A DNA stretch of 64,000 bases from an uncultured Chloroflexia bacterium (GTDB lineage: Bacteria; Chloroflexota; Limnocylindria; Limnocylindrales; CSP1-4), in contig CAWIYR010000002.1 in NCBI GenBank assembly GCA_963840375.1, forward strand, positions 896,613 through 960,612. The letters are read 5' to 3'. A program made the translations under genes and the position numbers. The stretch's first letter is position 1. Each line of letters begins with the position of its first letter. Below are positions 46,945 through 55,418 of the stretch, in pieces. The notes under the pieces were generated by a model. It was not told the origin of the DNA. It ran no database searches and was given only the letters and a program-made list of their open reading frames with translations.

Positions 46945-48321
46945 GTGACCGGTCGCGTCTTCCGTCGCTCGCTCGACCCGGATCCACCCGTCGCCGTCCG
47001 CGCCGAAGGGTCCACGATCTGGGCCGCCGACGGCCGCGCCTACCTCGACGCCGCCGGCGGGGCGATCGTCGTGAACGTCGGCCACGGCCGGCGCGAGATC
47101 GCCGCGGCGATGGCCGAACAGGCGGGCCGGGTCGCCTACGCCCATGGCAGCGCCTTCACGAGCGAGGCGCTCGAGCGCTACGCCGTCGAGGTCGGTCCCC
47201 ACCTCCCGCTCGACGACCCGGCGATCTACCCGGTCTCCGGCGGCTCCGAGGCGATCGAATCCGCCCTGAAGCTTGCCCGGGCGTACCACCTGGCCCGGGG
47301 CGAGGCGGACCGCCTGGTCGTCATCAGCCGCTGGGGGAGCTACCACGGGAACACCCTCGGGGCGCTCGACCTGTCCGGTCGCAAGCCGCTCCGCCGGCCG
47401 TACGAGGGCTGGCTCGGCCGGTTCCGCCACGTCAGTGCGGCCTATCCGTTCCGTGCCGGCGAGCCCGGTGCCCACGCCCTGGGCAGCGCCGCGGAGCTCG
47501 CCGCGGAGCTGGAACGGACGATCGAGGTCGCCGGGCCGCGCACCGTCGCGGCCTTCGTGGCCGAGCCGATCGTCGGCGCCACGCTCGCCGCCGCGGTCCC
47601 TCCGGACGACTACTGGCCGGCGATCGCCGAGGTCTGCCGGCGTCACGGCGTCCTGCTCGTCGCCGATGAGGTGATGACCGGGTTCGGCCGGACCGGCCGC
47701 TGGTTCGGGGTCGATCACTGGGGCGTCAGGCCGGATCTGCTCGTCGCCGCGAAGGGGGCGTCGTCGGGCTACTGGCCCTTCGGGTTCGTCGCCGCGTCCG
47801 GCACGATCCACGAGACGGTGACCGCGCCGGGTGCCGGCTTCGTCCACGGCTTCACCTACAGCCATCACCCGGTCGGCGCGGCCGTGGCCCGCGAGGTCCT
47901 CCGGATCCTCGAGGCGGAGGACCTGGTCGCGGCGAGTGCGACGAAGGGCGACCGGCTCCAGGCCCTCCTCCGGGATCGGATCGGCGATCACCCCAACGTC
48001 GGCGAGATCCGCGGCCGGGGTCTGATGGTCGGTGTCGAGCTCGTGGCGGACCGCGAGACGAGCGCGCCGTTCCCACGCGCCGCTCGCCTGACCGAGGGCA
48101 TCGTCCGGGCCGCCCGCGCCGGCGGCCTCCTGCTCTACAGCGGGACCGGCCTGGCCGACGGCGTCGACGGCGACTCGATCCTCGTCGGTCCGCCGTTCGT
48201 CATCACCGACGAGGAGCTGGTCCGGATCGCCGACGGTCTCGCGGCGGCGCTCTCGACGGTCCTCGAGGGCGGATCCGGCGCCTCGCCGGCCGCCGCGTTC
48301 AGCGGCGGACGGCCCGGTTGA
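46945..48321 (+). CDS. Class-III (omega-type) aminotransferase
   Basis: GGAIVVNVGHGRREI, SGGSEAIESALKLAR, YHGNTLGAL, DEVMTGFGRTG, AAKGASSGY (PLP Lys). Confidence 0.85.
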   Translation: MTGRVFRRSLDPDPPVAVRAEGSTIWAADGRAYLDAAGGAIVVNVGHGRREIAAAMAEQAGRVAYAHGSAFTSEALERYAVEVGPHLPLDDPAIYPVSGGSEAIESALKLARAYHLARGEADRLVVISRWGSYHGNTLGALDLSGRKPLRRPYEGWLGRFRHVSAAYPFRAGEPGAHALGSAAELAAELERTIEVAGPRTVAAFVAEPIVGATLAAAVPPDDYWPAIAEVCRRHGVLLVADEVMTGFGRTGRWFGVDHWGVRPDLLVAAKGASSGYWPFGFVAASGTIHETVTAPGAGFVHGFTYSHHPVGAAVAREVLRILEAEDLVAASATKGDRLQALLRDRIGDHPNVGEIRGRGLMVGVELVADRETSAPFPRAARLTEGIVRAARAGGLLLYSGTGLADGVDGDSILVGPPFVITDEELVRIADGLAAALSTVLEGGSGASPAAAFSGGRPG

Positions 48322-48961
48322 GGATCACCAGGCCGAGCAGGACCAGGAGGATCGGCCCGAGGAGCTGGCCGAAGCTCGGCAGGCTCGGGTAGAGCCGACC
48401 GGCCAGGTCCCAGCCGCCGGCGACCGCGAGGATCGCGCCGACCACCAGCTGCCAGCCCCAGGTGTGGCGGGCTCGCCAGCGCATCACCGCGACGCCCAGC
48501 AGCCCGAGGCCGAAGAGGAAGGTGCCGTACCCCGACCCCGCCGGCAGGACGCCCAGGTCGACCAGCAGGCCGGGCAGGCTGTAGGCCGTGATGAGCAGGC
48601 CAGGGTAGAGACCCCAACCGCGCCCCGTCGCCCAGGAGACGAGGAGCGCGACCCCGAGCGCGGTGGTGATCGCCGATCCAAGGACGTGGGCGTCGGGCAC
48701 GGCCTGGCCGATGAGCAGGATCGCCCCGAAGACGACGAGGAAGACGCCGATCCACGGCAGGCCCCGCCGGACGTCCTCGTCGCCCCAGGTCCACGTCCGG
48801 GTCTCCATCCGGAAGGACCCCCGGTCGAAGCCGGCGCCCGGATCTTCCACCTCCCCGACCAGGACCGGTCGTTCGTCGGTCGGATCCGGCGCCGGGACCC
48901 CGGATCCGGGGCCACCTCCGCTCGAGCTGCCCGACCCCGGAACGCCACCCAGCTCGGTCAT
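48299..48961 (-). CDS. Membrane protein of unknown function (Gly/Ser-rich N-terminus, 5-6 TM)
   Basis: Its start overlaps the MMPL stop (ATGA at 48958-48961). The product is hydrophobic. Its 3' end overlaps the convergent aminotransferase by 23 nt. Confidence 0.6.
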   Translation of the reverse strand: MTELGGVPGSGSSSGGGPGSGVPAPDPTDERPVLVGEVEDPGAGFDRGSFRMETRTWTWGDEDVRRGLPWIGVFLVVFGAILLIGQAVPDAHVLGSAITTALGVALLVSWATGRGWGLYPGLLITAYSLPGLLVDLGVLPAGSGYGTFLFGLGLLGVAVMRWRARHTWGWQLVVGAILAVAGGWDLAGRLYPSLPSFGQLLGPILLVLLGLVILNRAVRR

Positions 48962-51297
48962 CCCGGTGCACCCTCCAGCCCCGGACGATGGTCGGTCGTC
49001 ACCGAGCCGTCCGGATCATCCTCCACGTGGTCGAAGCCGAGCCGGTCGACGAACCGCTTGAGCGGAGCCGGCGCCCACCAGTTCCAGTCGCCCAGCAGGC
49101 GCATCGTGGCCGGGACGAGCAGGACCCGGATGATCGTCGCGTCGATGAGGACGGCGACGGCCATCCCCACCCCGATGGTCTTGATGGTGATGATGTCGGC
49201 CAGGGCGAACGCGGCGAAGACCGAGACCATGATGAGCGCCGCCCCGGTGATGACCCCAGCCGTCCGGGCCAGGCCCTCGGCGACCGACGCGGTGTTGTCG
49301 CGCGTCCGCCGGTAGGCCTCCTGGATCCGCGACAGGAGGAGGACCTCGTAGTCCATCGACAGCCCGAAGATCACGCTGAACATGATGATCGGGTTGCCGG
49401 CGATGGTGTACCCGAGCGGGACGAAGTGGAGCGGGCCACTGAGGTTGCCCTCCTGGAAGATCCAGACGAGCGCCCCGAAGCTGGCGCTGATCGAGAGCAG
49501 GGTCATGATCACGGCCTTGATCGGGATCGCGATCGAGCCGAACAGCAGGAACAGGACGAACGCGCTCGCGAACAGGGTCAACCCGACGGCGTACGGCATC
49601 CGGTCCGCCTGCGACTGGAGGAAGTCCCAACCGGCCGCGGCCTGCCCGCCGACCTGGGTCGTGATCCCAGCCTCGGCGGTGAGCGCGCGGATCTCCGGCG
49701 TCAGCCCGGTCGCCTTCGGCTGCGAGGGGTCGAGCGGGCTGATCGCGTCGAAGCGGACGCTGTCGCCGCTGACGTACGCCTTCTGGAACGCGGCGATCGC
49801 GGCGGCCACCTCTGGCGGGCGCTGGGCGGCGGGGAGGGCGTAGAACGCCGCGACCTGGTCGGGCGTCAGGGCGGCCCCGGTCTTCGGGTCGGTCAAGCTG
49901 TACGCGCTCTCGACGTGGTCGATCCCTTCGGCCTTGCCCAGCGCCTGGGCGTAGCGGGCGAGGGCCAGAGCGTTGGTCGGGTCGGTCGGGTCGCCCTTCA
50001 CCCGGGCCAGGACCACGATCGGGCTCGTCTCGCCCTGGGCGAAGTCGGTCTCGATCGCCACGTAGGCGTCGCGACTCTCGAGACCCGCCGGGTAGATCGC
50101 GGCGTCGGGGACCCCCTGGACCATCCGGAAGAACGGCGAGCCGAGGATGAACAGGAGGACGAGCACGGGCACGAGGACCCCGATCGGGTGGCGCATGACC
50201 TGCCGCGCGACCCGCTCCCACCAGCCCGCCCGACCGTGGCCGAGGGGCCGGATCCCCAGCCGGGCGAACAGGCCGCGGAGGCTCAGGGCGTTGACCCGGT
50301 GACCGAGCATCCCCAGGACGGCCGGCAGGAACGTCAGGGCGAAGAAGAGGGTGCTCAGGACCACCAGTGCGCCGGCGATCCCGATCGAGCTGATCGCGCT
50401 CGCCCGAAAGAGGAGGAGGCCGGACAGGCCGATCATCACGGCCAGGCCCGAGAAGGTGACCGCCTTGCCGCTCGTCGCCACCGCCTTCTCGACCGCCTGC
50501 CCGACGGTCCGGCCGCGGGCCAGCTCCTCGCGGAACCGGCTGACGATGAAGAGCGAGTAGTCGATCGAGAGAGCCAGCCCGAGCATCGTCGCGATGTTCA
50601 GGACGTAGATGCTCATCTGGAGCTGCTGGCTGACGAAGAAGATCAGGCCCAGGGTCGACGGGATGGCCAGGGCGGCCACGAGGAGCGGCATCCCGGCCGC
50701 GGCCAGCGAGGCGAAGACGAGGATGAGGACGATCGCGACGACCGGCAGCGAGACGGTCTCGGCACGCTGGAGATCCTTCTCCGACAGGGCCGCGGAGTCC
50801 TTCGTGATCGGGCCATAGCCGGTCAGCTGATAGGCGTAGCCGGCCGGCGCCGCGATCTCCGAGCGGATCGGGTCGACCAGCTGGACCGACCCCTCGTCGG
50901 TCGCGTCGAGCTGGACCACGACGTAGGCCCGGTCGCCGGCCGAGCTGATGAACCGCCGGTCGCCGGTCTCCGCGTACCCGACGATCCCGGTCACGTGCGG
51001 GTCGGCCTTCACGCTGGCGAGGGCCGTGGCGATCGCCGCCTGGTAGGCGGGCGAGGTGGCGTCCGACGACGCCGTCGACGAGAAGAGCACGATCAGGCTG
51101 CTCCGGCCGGCCCCGAAGTCCAGGGCCAGGCGATCGGAGACCTGGGCCGACTCGGAGTTCGCGTCGAGCCAGCCGCCTGAGCTCAGGTGACTGGAGGCCT
51201 GCGCGGCGAAGACCGACAGGCCGATCGCGATGAGGATGGTGACGAGGGCGACGGGACGACGGAAGCGGTAGACGAACGCTCCCCAGCGGCTGAACAT
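48958..51297 (-). CDS. MMPL family (RND superfamily) transporter
   Basis: MFSRWGAFVYRFRRPVALVTILIA..., two 6-TM bundles with large periplasmic loops, ...DYSLFIVSRFREE... and ...DYEVLLLSRIQE... motifs. Confidence 0.85.
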   Translation of the reverse strand: MFSRWGAFVYRFRRPVALVTILIAIGLSVFAAQASSHLSSGGWLDANSESAQVSDRLALDFGAGRSSLIVLFSSTASSDATSPAYQAAIATALASVKADPHVTGIVGYAETGDRRFISSAGDRAYVVVQLDATDEGSVQLVDPIRSEIAAPAGYAYQLTGYGPITKDSAALSEKDLQRAETVSLPVVAIVLILVFASLAAAGMPLLVAALAIPSTLGLIFFVSQQLQMSIYVLNIATMLGLALSIDYSLFIVSRFREELARGRTVGQAVEKAVATSGKAVTFSGLAVMIGLSGLLLFRASAISSIGIAGALVVLSTLFFALTFLPAVLGMLGHRVNALSLRGLFARLGIRPLGHGRAGWWERVARQVMRHPIGVLVPVLVLLFILGSPFFRMVQGVPDAAIYPAGLESRDAYVAIETDFAQGETSPIVVLARVKGDPTDPTNALALARYAQALGKAEGIDHVESAYSLTDPKTGAALTPDQVAAFYALPAAQRPPEVAAAIAAFQKAYVSGDSVRFDAISPLDPSQPKATGLTPEIRALTAEAGITTQVGGQAAAGWDFLQSQADRMPYAVGLTLFASAFVLFLLFGSIAIPIKAVIMTLLSISASFGALVWIFQEGNLSGPLHFVPLGYTIAGNPIIMFSVIFGLSMDYEVLLLSRIQEAYRRTRDNTASVAEGLARTAGVITGAALIMVSVFAAFALADIITIKTIGVGMAVAVLIDATIIRVLLVPATMRLLGDWNWWAPAPLKRFVDRLGFDHVEDDPDGSVTTDHRPGLEGAPG

Positions 51298-51440
51298 CGC
51301 GATCCTTTCGGGGCTGTCTGGGACGACCGGGCAGGCCCGGGAAACGATAGCCCGGCTGTCGTCGCGGCGTCTTGGGGGCGATCTCGGTGACGCCGCGGCC
51401 GGCCCACGCGAGCCGTCGCTCGAACCCCGATAATCGGGCC

Positions 51441-52388
51441 ATGGGCAGCGTCATGACGGTCTCCGGCCCGGTCTCCCCGGACCAGCTCGGCTTCGTCCTG
51501 CCCCACGAGCACACCGGGATCGCCCTGTGGCACATCCAGGACCGCTGGGACTACTGGGAGCTGACCGTCGATGACGGGATCGTCGTCCCGGAGCTGGCGG
51601 CCTACCGCTCGGCCGGCGGCGCGACGCTCGTCGACCTCACCCTCCCGGGGGTCGGGCGCGATCCGGAGCGCCTTCGCCGGTACGCCGCCCTCACCGGCCT
51701 GAACATCGTGATGGGCGCCGGCTGGTACCGGACGGCCTACTACCCGCCCGAGCTGCTCGTCGACCGGCGCTCGACCGACGACCTGGCCGACGAGATCGTC
51801 GGCGAGTTCCGCGACGGGGTCGGCGAGACCGGCGTCCGCCCCGGGATCCTCGGCGAGATCGGCACCGACAAGCCCTGGTTGACCGCCCAGGAGGAGCGTG
51901 TCCATCGGGCGGTCGCCCGGGCGTCGCGACGGACCGGGATGGCGATCTCCACCCATGCGGTCATGTCGCCCGTCGGGCTCGCTCAGCTCCGGATCTTCGA
52001 GGAGGAGGGTGTCGACCCGGGTCGGGTCGTCATCGGCCACGCCGATTCCTACCCGCTCCTCGAGCATCACCTGGAGATCGTCCGCCGGGGCGCGAACCTC
52101 GAGTTCGATTTCCTCGGGATGAGCTTCACCGTGATGGAGCAGCACGGCGAGGCGAGGGTCATCGGCCTGCTCGGTGAGCTCGTCGCGCGCGGCCACGCCG
52201 ATCGGATCCTGCTCAGCCAGGACATCTGCCACAACTCGCAGCTCCGACCGTACGGCGGCAACGGGTACGTCTACCTCTTCGAGACGTTCCTGCCCCGCCT
52301 CCGCGAGGCGGGGATCCCCGAGGCTGCCATCCGGACGATGACCGTCGAGAACCCGGCCCGGATCCTGACCCTGGCCGAGCCCGGCTGA
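51441..52388 (+). CDS. Phosphotriesterase-related (PTER/Php) amidohydrolase-superfamily protein
   Basis: LPHEHTGI (HxH), GILGEIG, STHA, GHAD, LSQD show the metal-ligand pattern of the PTE family. Confidence 0.8.
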   Translation: MGSVMTVSGPVSPDQLGFVLPHEHTGIALWHIQDRWDYWELTVDDGIVVPELAAYRSAGGATLVDLTLPGVGRDPERLRRYAALTGLNIVMGAGWYRTAYYPPELLVDRRSTDDLADEIVGEFRDGVGETGVRPGILGEIGTDKPWLTAQEERVHRAVARASRRTGMAISTHAVMSPVGLAQLRIFEEEGVDPGRVVIGHADSYPLLEHHLEIVRRGANLEFDFLGMSFTVMEQHGEARVIGLLGELVARGHADRILLSQDICHNSQLRPYGGNGYVYLFETFLPRLREAGIPEAAIRTMTVENPARILTLAEPG

Positions 52389-52495
52389 GGCCACGTCTCC
52401 GCCGTCCGCCGTCCGGCGCCGGCCCGGGCCCCGGCGCTCGCCGCACCATCGCCCCCAGCTCATCGCCCCCAGCTCATCGCCCCGGCCCAGCCGCT

Positions 52496-52625
52496 CATCG
52501 CCCGCACCGATAGGTCGAGCCGGTCTGCGGTCCCGGCGGCCCCGGCGTCCTCACCCGGCCCCGGCCCCAGGCCCGGCCCATCGCCCGCACCGATAGGTCG
52601 AGCCGGTCTGCGGTCCCGGCGGCCC
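52496..52625. repeat. Two identical 47-bp direct repeats 83 bp apart
   Basis: CATCGCCCGCACCGATAGGTCGAGCCGGTCTGCGGTCCCGGCGGCCC at 52496-52542 and 52579-52625. It is preceded by CATCGCCCCCAGCT x2 (52448-52475). A hairpin CCCATCG/CGATGGG lies at 52651-52671. Confidence 0.9.
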
Positions 52626-52880
52626 TCGCGCCGTACTGATCCAGGGCGGCCCCATCGTTCGAACCGATGGGTGGCGTCCATGCCGGTGCGCGACCCGAGG
52701 ACGATTGAACCTTACCGGCTGGATCTATCGCTCCCACCGATCAGGTGGACGGGAAGATGGACCCAACCGATCCAGGATCACGAGGCGCCGGACCTCGGCC
52801 ACGAGGCGGGGGACGCGTCCTGGCGCCGCTGGCTGGCGCGACTCCGGTCCGGCGACCCGCGCACCCGAGTCCCCCTTGGC

Positions 52881-53324
52881 CTATGCCTCGAGGGTGGCGA
52901 CCACGGACAGGGCGACGTTGCCCTTGAGGGCCTGCGAGATCGGGCAGTTGTCCTTCGCCGCCTCGGCGGCCGACGCGAACGCCTCCGCATCCATCCCGGG
53001 GACCCGCCCGACGACGGTGAGCGCGCTCGACACCACGCGCCAGCCGGCGTCGGTCTTGTCGAAGGTCACAGCGGCGTTGACGACCAACCGCTCGGGCGGC
53101 AGGCCGGCCCGGGCGAGCGCGCCCGAGAAGGCCATCTCGTAGCAGGCGGCGTGAGCTGCGGCGACGAGCTCCTCCGGGCTGGTCCGCCCATCGGCCGACT
53201 CGGTCCGGGACGCCCAGGTCACCGGCAGGTCCGCGAACGCCTTGCTGCTGGAGGCGCTGACGGTCCCCTTGCCGGTCAGGAGGTCTCCTTCCCAGGTGGC
53301 GTCGGCACGGCGGATCGCGCTCAT
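52881..53324 (-). CDS. osmC: OsmC family peroxiredoxin
   Basis: ...SPEELVAAAHAACYEM...AKDNCPISQALKG... shows the two conserved Cys. GGAAGGAG RBS. Confidence 0.85.
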   Translation of the reverse strand: MSAIRRADATWEGDLLTGKGTVSASSSKAFADLPVTWASRTESADGRTSPEELVAAAHAACYEMAFSGALARAGLPPERLVVNAAVTFDKTDAGWRVVSSALTVVGRVPGMDAEAFASAAEAAKDNCPISQALKGNVALSVVATLEA

Positions 53325-53328
53325 TCGG

Positions 53329-54651
53329 TCACTCCTTCCGGGTCCGGTCGGGACCCGCTCCATCGCTGGCGAGTCGCTCTCGGAGGGCGGCCACGAAGGG
53401 CCGGTGGGCATGGCTGCGTGGAAGGATGATGCGACGAACGGCGCCGAACCGCTGGTGGGCCCGGAGCGCCTCGACGAACGCCGCCACGAAGCCGTCCTGG
53501 GCGAGCGGGTCGAAGCCGGTCTCCCACCACAGCCCGAGGACCCGGAGGGCGCCGGTCCTGCGGTCGATCCGCGGCTCGATCCGCCCGACCAGCCGGTCGC
53601 CCCACAGGACCGGCAGGACGTAGTAGCCCCAGCGTCGCTTCTTCTCGGGGACGTAGACCTCCCAGACGTAGTCGAAGTCGTACAGGCTGCGCAGGAAGTC
53701 GCGGTCCCAGACGAACGGATCGAGTGGAGCCAGGAACGCCACCCCGGCGCCCGCCGCTCGCCCGCCTGAGTCCGCGTGGTCGGCGCCATCCCGGGCTGCC
53801 GTCTCGAGGAGTGGCAGCTCCGCGGTCACGACGAAGCGCTCCCCCCGCACGCCGTCGATGGTCACCGGAACGAGCGACCGGTCCTCCACCAACTCGCCGA
53901 GGAGCTCCGGACGAGTGATCGCCGTCGGGGAGTCCGCCGGCGCCCTGACCGGTGCGGTCCCGTACCACAGCTCGGCCGAGCCGCTTCGGCCCAGGAGCCC
54001 ATGAGCCCGGTAGCGCGAGAGCAGCTTGTGGCGGCGCTGGTCCCGCTCGGTCTCACCCCGGCCGAGCAGTTCCGCCGGGAACAGGCGCTCGACCAGGTCG
54101 TAGACCCGTCGGTTCCCGTCCCGCCTGCGGAGCCCGAGGATCCCGGCCTCGCCGAGGGCCTCGAGGATCGCCCGGACCTGGTTGGTCGGGCGCCAGTACC
54201 ACTCGATGGCGGCTCGCGGTTCGACGTCCGTGGAGCTGAGCGGGCCGTGCTCGCGGATCCGTTCGAGGAGCTCCGCGACGAGCGGAGCGTGCTCGTCGAA
54301 GGCGCCACCGTCGTGCGCGGCACGGTCGCGATCCCAGGTGATCCGGTACCACGGCATCTCGGCCGTCGGCACCAGGCTGAGGCCCTTGTTATAGGTCTCG
54401 TAGAGGAGGCGATCCTCGTAGAGGATCCGGTCGGTCCACTCGCGACGATAGCCGGCGATCCGGGCGAGGAGGACCACGTCGTGGTTCCGGCCGGCGACCT
54501 CGAGCGGATCGAACTGGAGCGAGCCGAGCCGCTCGACGACGGTGATCACGCTCGAGGGATCGGCCGGCAGATCGCGTGGCGGAGCCAGGAAGTGGCGGCG
54601 TGCGAAGAATCGCCGGGCGGTGGCCCGATCGAGATGGATCGGTTCGATCAT
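53329..54651 (-). CDS. Winged-helix DNA-binding protein, YcaQ-like (interstrand-crosslink glycosylase family)
   Basis: ...LGSLQFDPLEVAGRNHDVVL...YEDRLLYETYNKGLSLVP...WGYYVLPVLWGDRLVGRIEPRIDR... Confidence 0.7.
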   Translation of the reverse strand: MIEPIHLDRATARRFFARRHFLAPPRDLPADPSSVITVVERLGSLQFDPLEVAGRNHDVVLLARIAGYRREWTDRILYEDRLLYETYNKGLSLVPTAEMPWYRITWDRDRAAHDGGAFDEHAPLVAELLERIREHGPLSSTDVEPRAAIEWYWRPTNQVRAILEALGEAGILGLRRRDGNRRVYDLVERLFPAELLGRGETERDQRRHKLLSRYRAHGLLGRSGSAELWYGTAPVRAPADSPTAITRPELLGELVEDRSLVPVTIDGVRGERFVVTAELPLLETAARDGADHADSGGRAAGAGVAFLAPLDPFVWDRDFLRSLYDFDYVWEVYVPEKKRRWGYYVLPVLWGDRLVGRIEPRIDRRTGALRVLGLWWETGFDPLAQDGFVAAFVEALRAHQRFGAVRRIILPRSHAHRPFVAALRERLASDGAGPDRTRKE

Positions 54652-54783
54652 CGGAGCGGGAATGGTAGCGGCCGGGCTGCCATCGGGCGCGGTCCGGCCG
54701 CGGTCCGGCCGCAGGCGGGCCGCCTCGTCGGCCGTCGACCGAAGTCCGGCAGCCATCCGGACCATCGGCTCATGCGAATGTTC

Positions 54784-54811
54784 GGTCGAGGCCGTATCCT
54801 GTGCCTCGACC
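54784..54811. promoter_or_regulatory. Perfect 9-bp inverted repeat GGTCGAGGC-N10-GCCTCGACC upstream of the marR-like gene (operator or hairpin)
   Basis: Located in the ycaQ/marR divergent region. It overlaps the GTG 54801 track start. AT-richer sequence with CAAACGATTTG follows. Confidence 0.35.
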
Positions 54812-54878
54812 AGATAGTCCGGTGAGACCAAACGATTTGCCTGAGACGAAGCAACCCTACGGCCCCGCGCCCCGAGCG

Positions 54879-55418
54879 GTGAGCGTCGACCGCGTCCTCG
54901 ACGCGACCGACGAGCTCATGCACCGGCTCTCGGAGGAGCATTCCGTCGAGTTCCTCGAGATCGGCATCACCATGCCCCAGGCCAAGGTGCTCTACCTTGC
55001 CGCCGTCGATGGCGGGCTGAGGATGTCGGCGCTCGCCGCGCGGCTGCGGGTGACGATCTCCACGGTCAGCGGCCTCGTCGACCGCCTCGTCGACGCCGGG
55101 CTCCTCACCCGGAGGGACGACCCGCACGACCGCCGCCAGGTCCTCGTCTCGGTCACGCCCGAGGGCCAGGCGCTCATCGACCGGTTCCGCGAGCTCAATC
55201 GGCGACAGCTCCGGGAGCTCCTCGAGCGGCTCTCGGGGCCGGACCTCGCCGTCGTCGAGCGCGCGATCGAGGTCCTCAGCCGAGCGGCACCGGACCACGC
55301 CATGACCAGCCAACCCACGACCCGCCATCCCACGACCGACGACCTCACGCCGGGGAAGCCCGGGGCCGATCAGCCGGCCACGACGGATCGTCCGACCCTC
55401 GAAAGGAAGCCAGCGTGA
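54879..55418 (+). CDS. MarR family transcriptional regulator
   Basis: ...ITMPQAKVLYLAAVDGGLRMSALAARLRVTISTVSGLVDRLVDAGLLTRRDDPHDRRQVLVSVTPEG. GC3 rises only near the GTG at 54879 (track start 54801 is possible). Its stop overlaps the RND start (GTGA at 55415-55418). Confidence 0.8.
   Translation: MSVDRVLDATDELMHRLSEEHSVEFLEIGITMPQAKVLYLAAVDGGLRMSALAARLRVTISTVSGLVDRLVDAGLLTRRDDPHDRRQVLVSVTPEGQALIDRFRELNRRQLRELLERLSGPDLAVVERAIEVLSRAAPDHAMTSQPTTRHPTTDDLTPGKPGADQPATTDRPTLERKPA

Noticed and set aside
48988-51180. 730-aa plus-strand ORF and the 839-aa minus-strand ORF 49016-51535
   Set aside because: Both overlap the MMPL gene in other frames. Only the 48958-51297 frame gives TM helices and MMPL motifs.
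52671-53429. 252-aa plus-strand ORF across the osmC region
   Set aside because: It is antisense to the well-supported OsmC gene and runs through the repeat-filled non-coding gap. It has no motifs.
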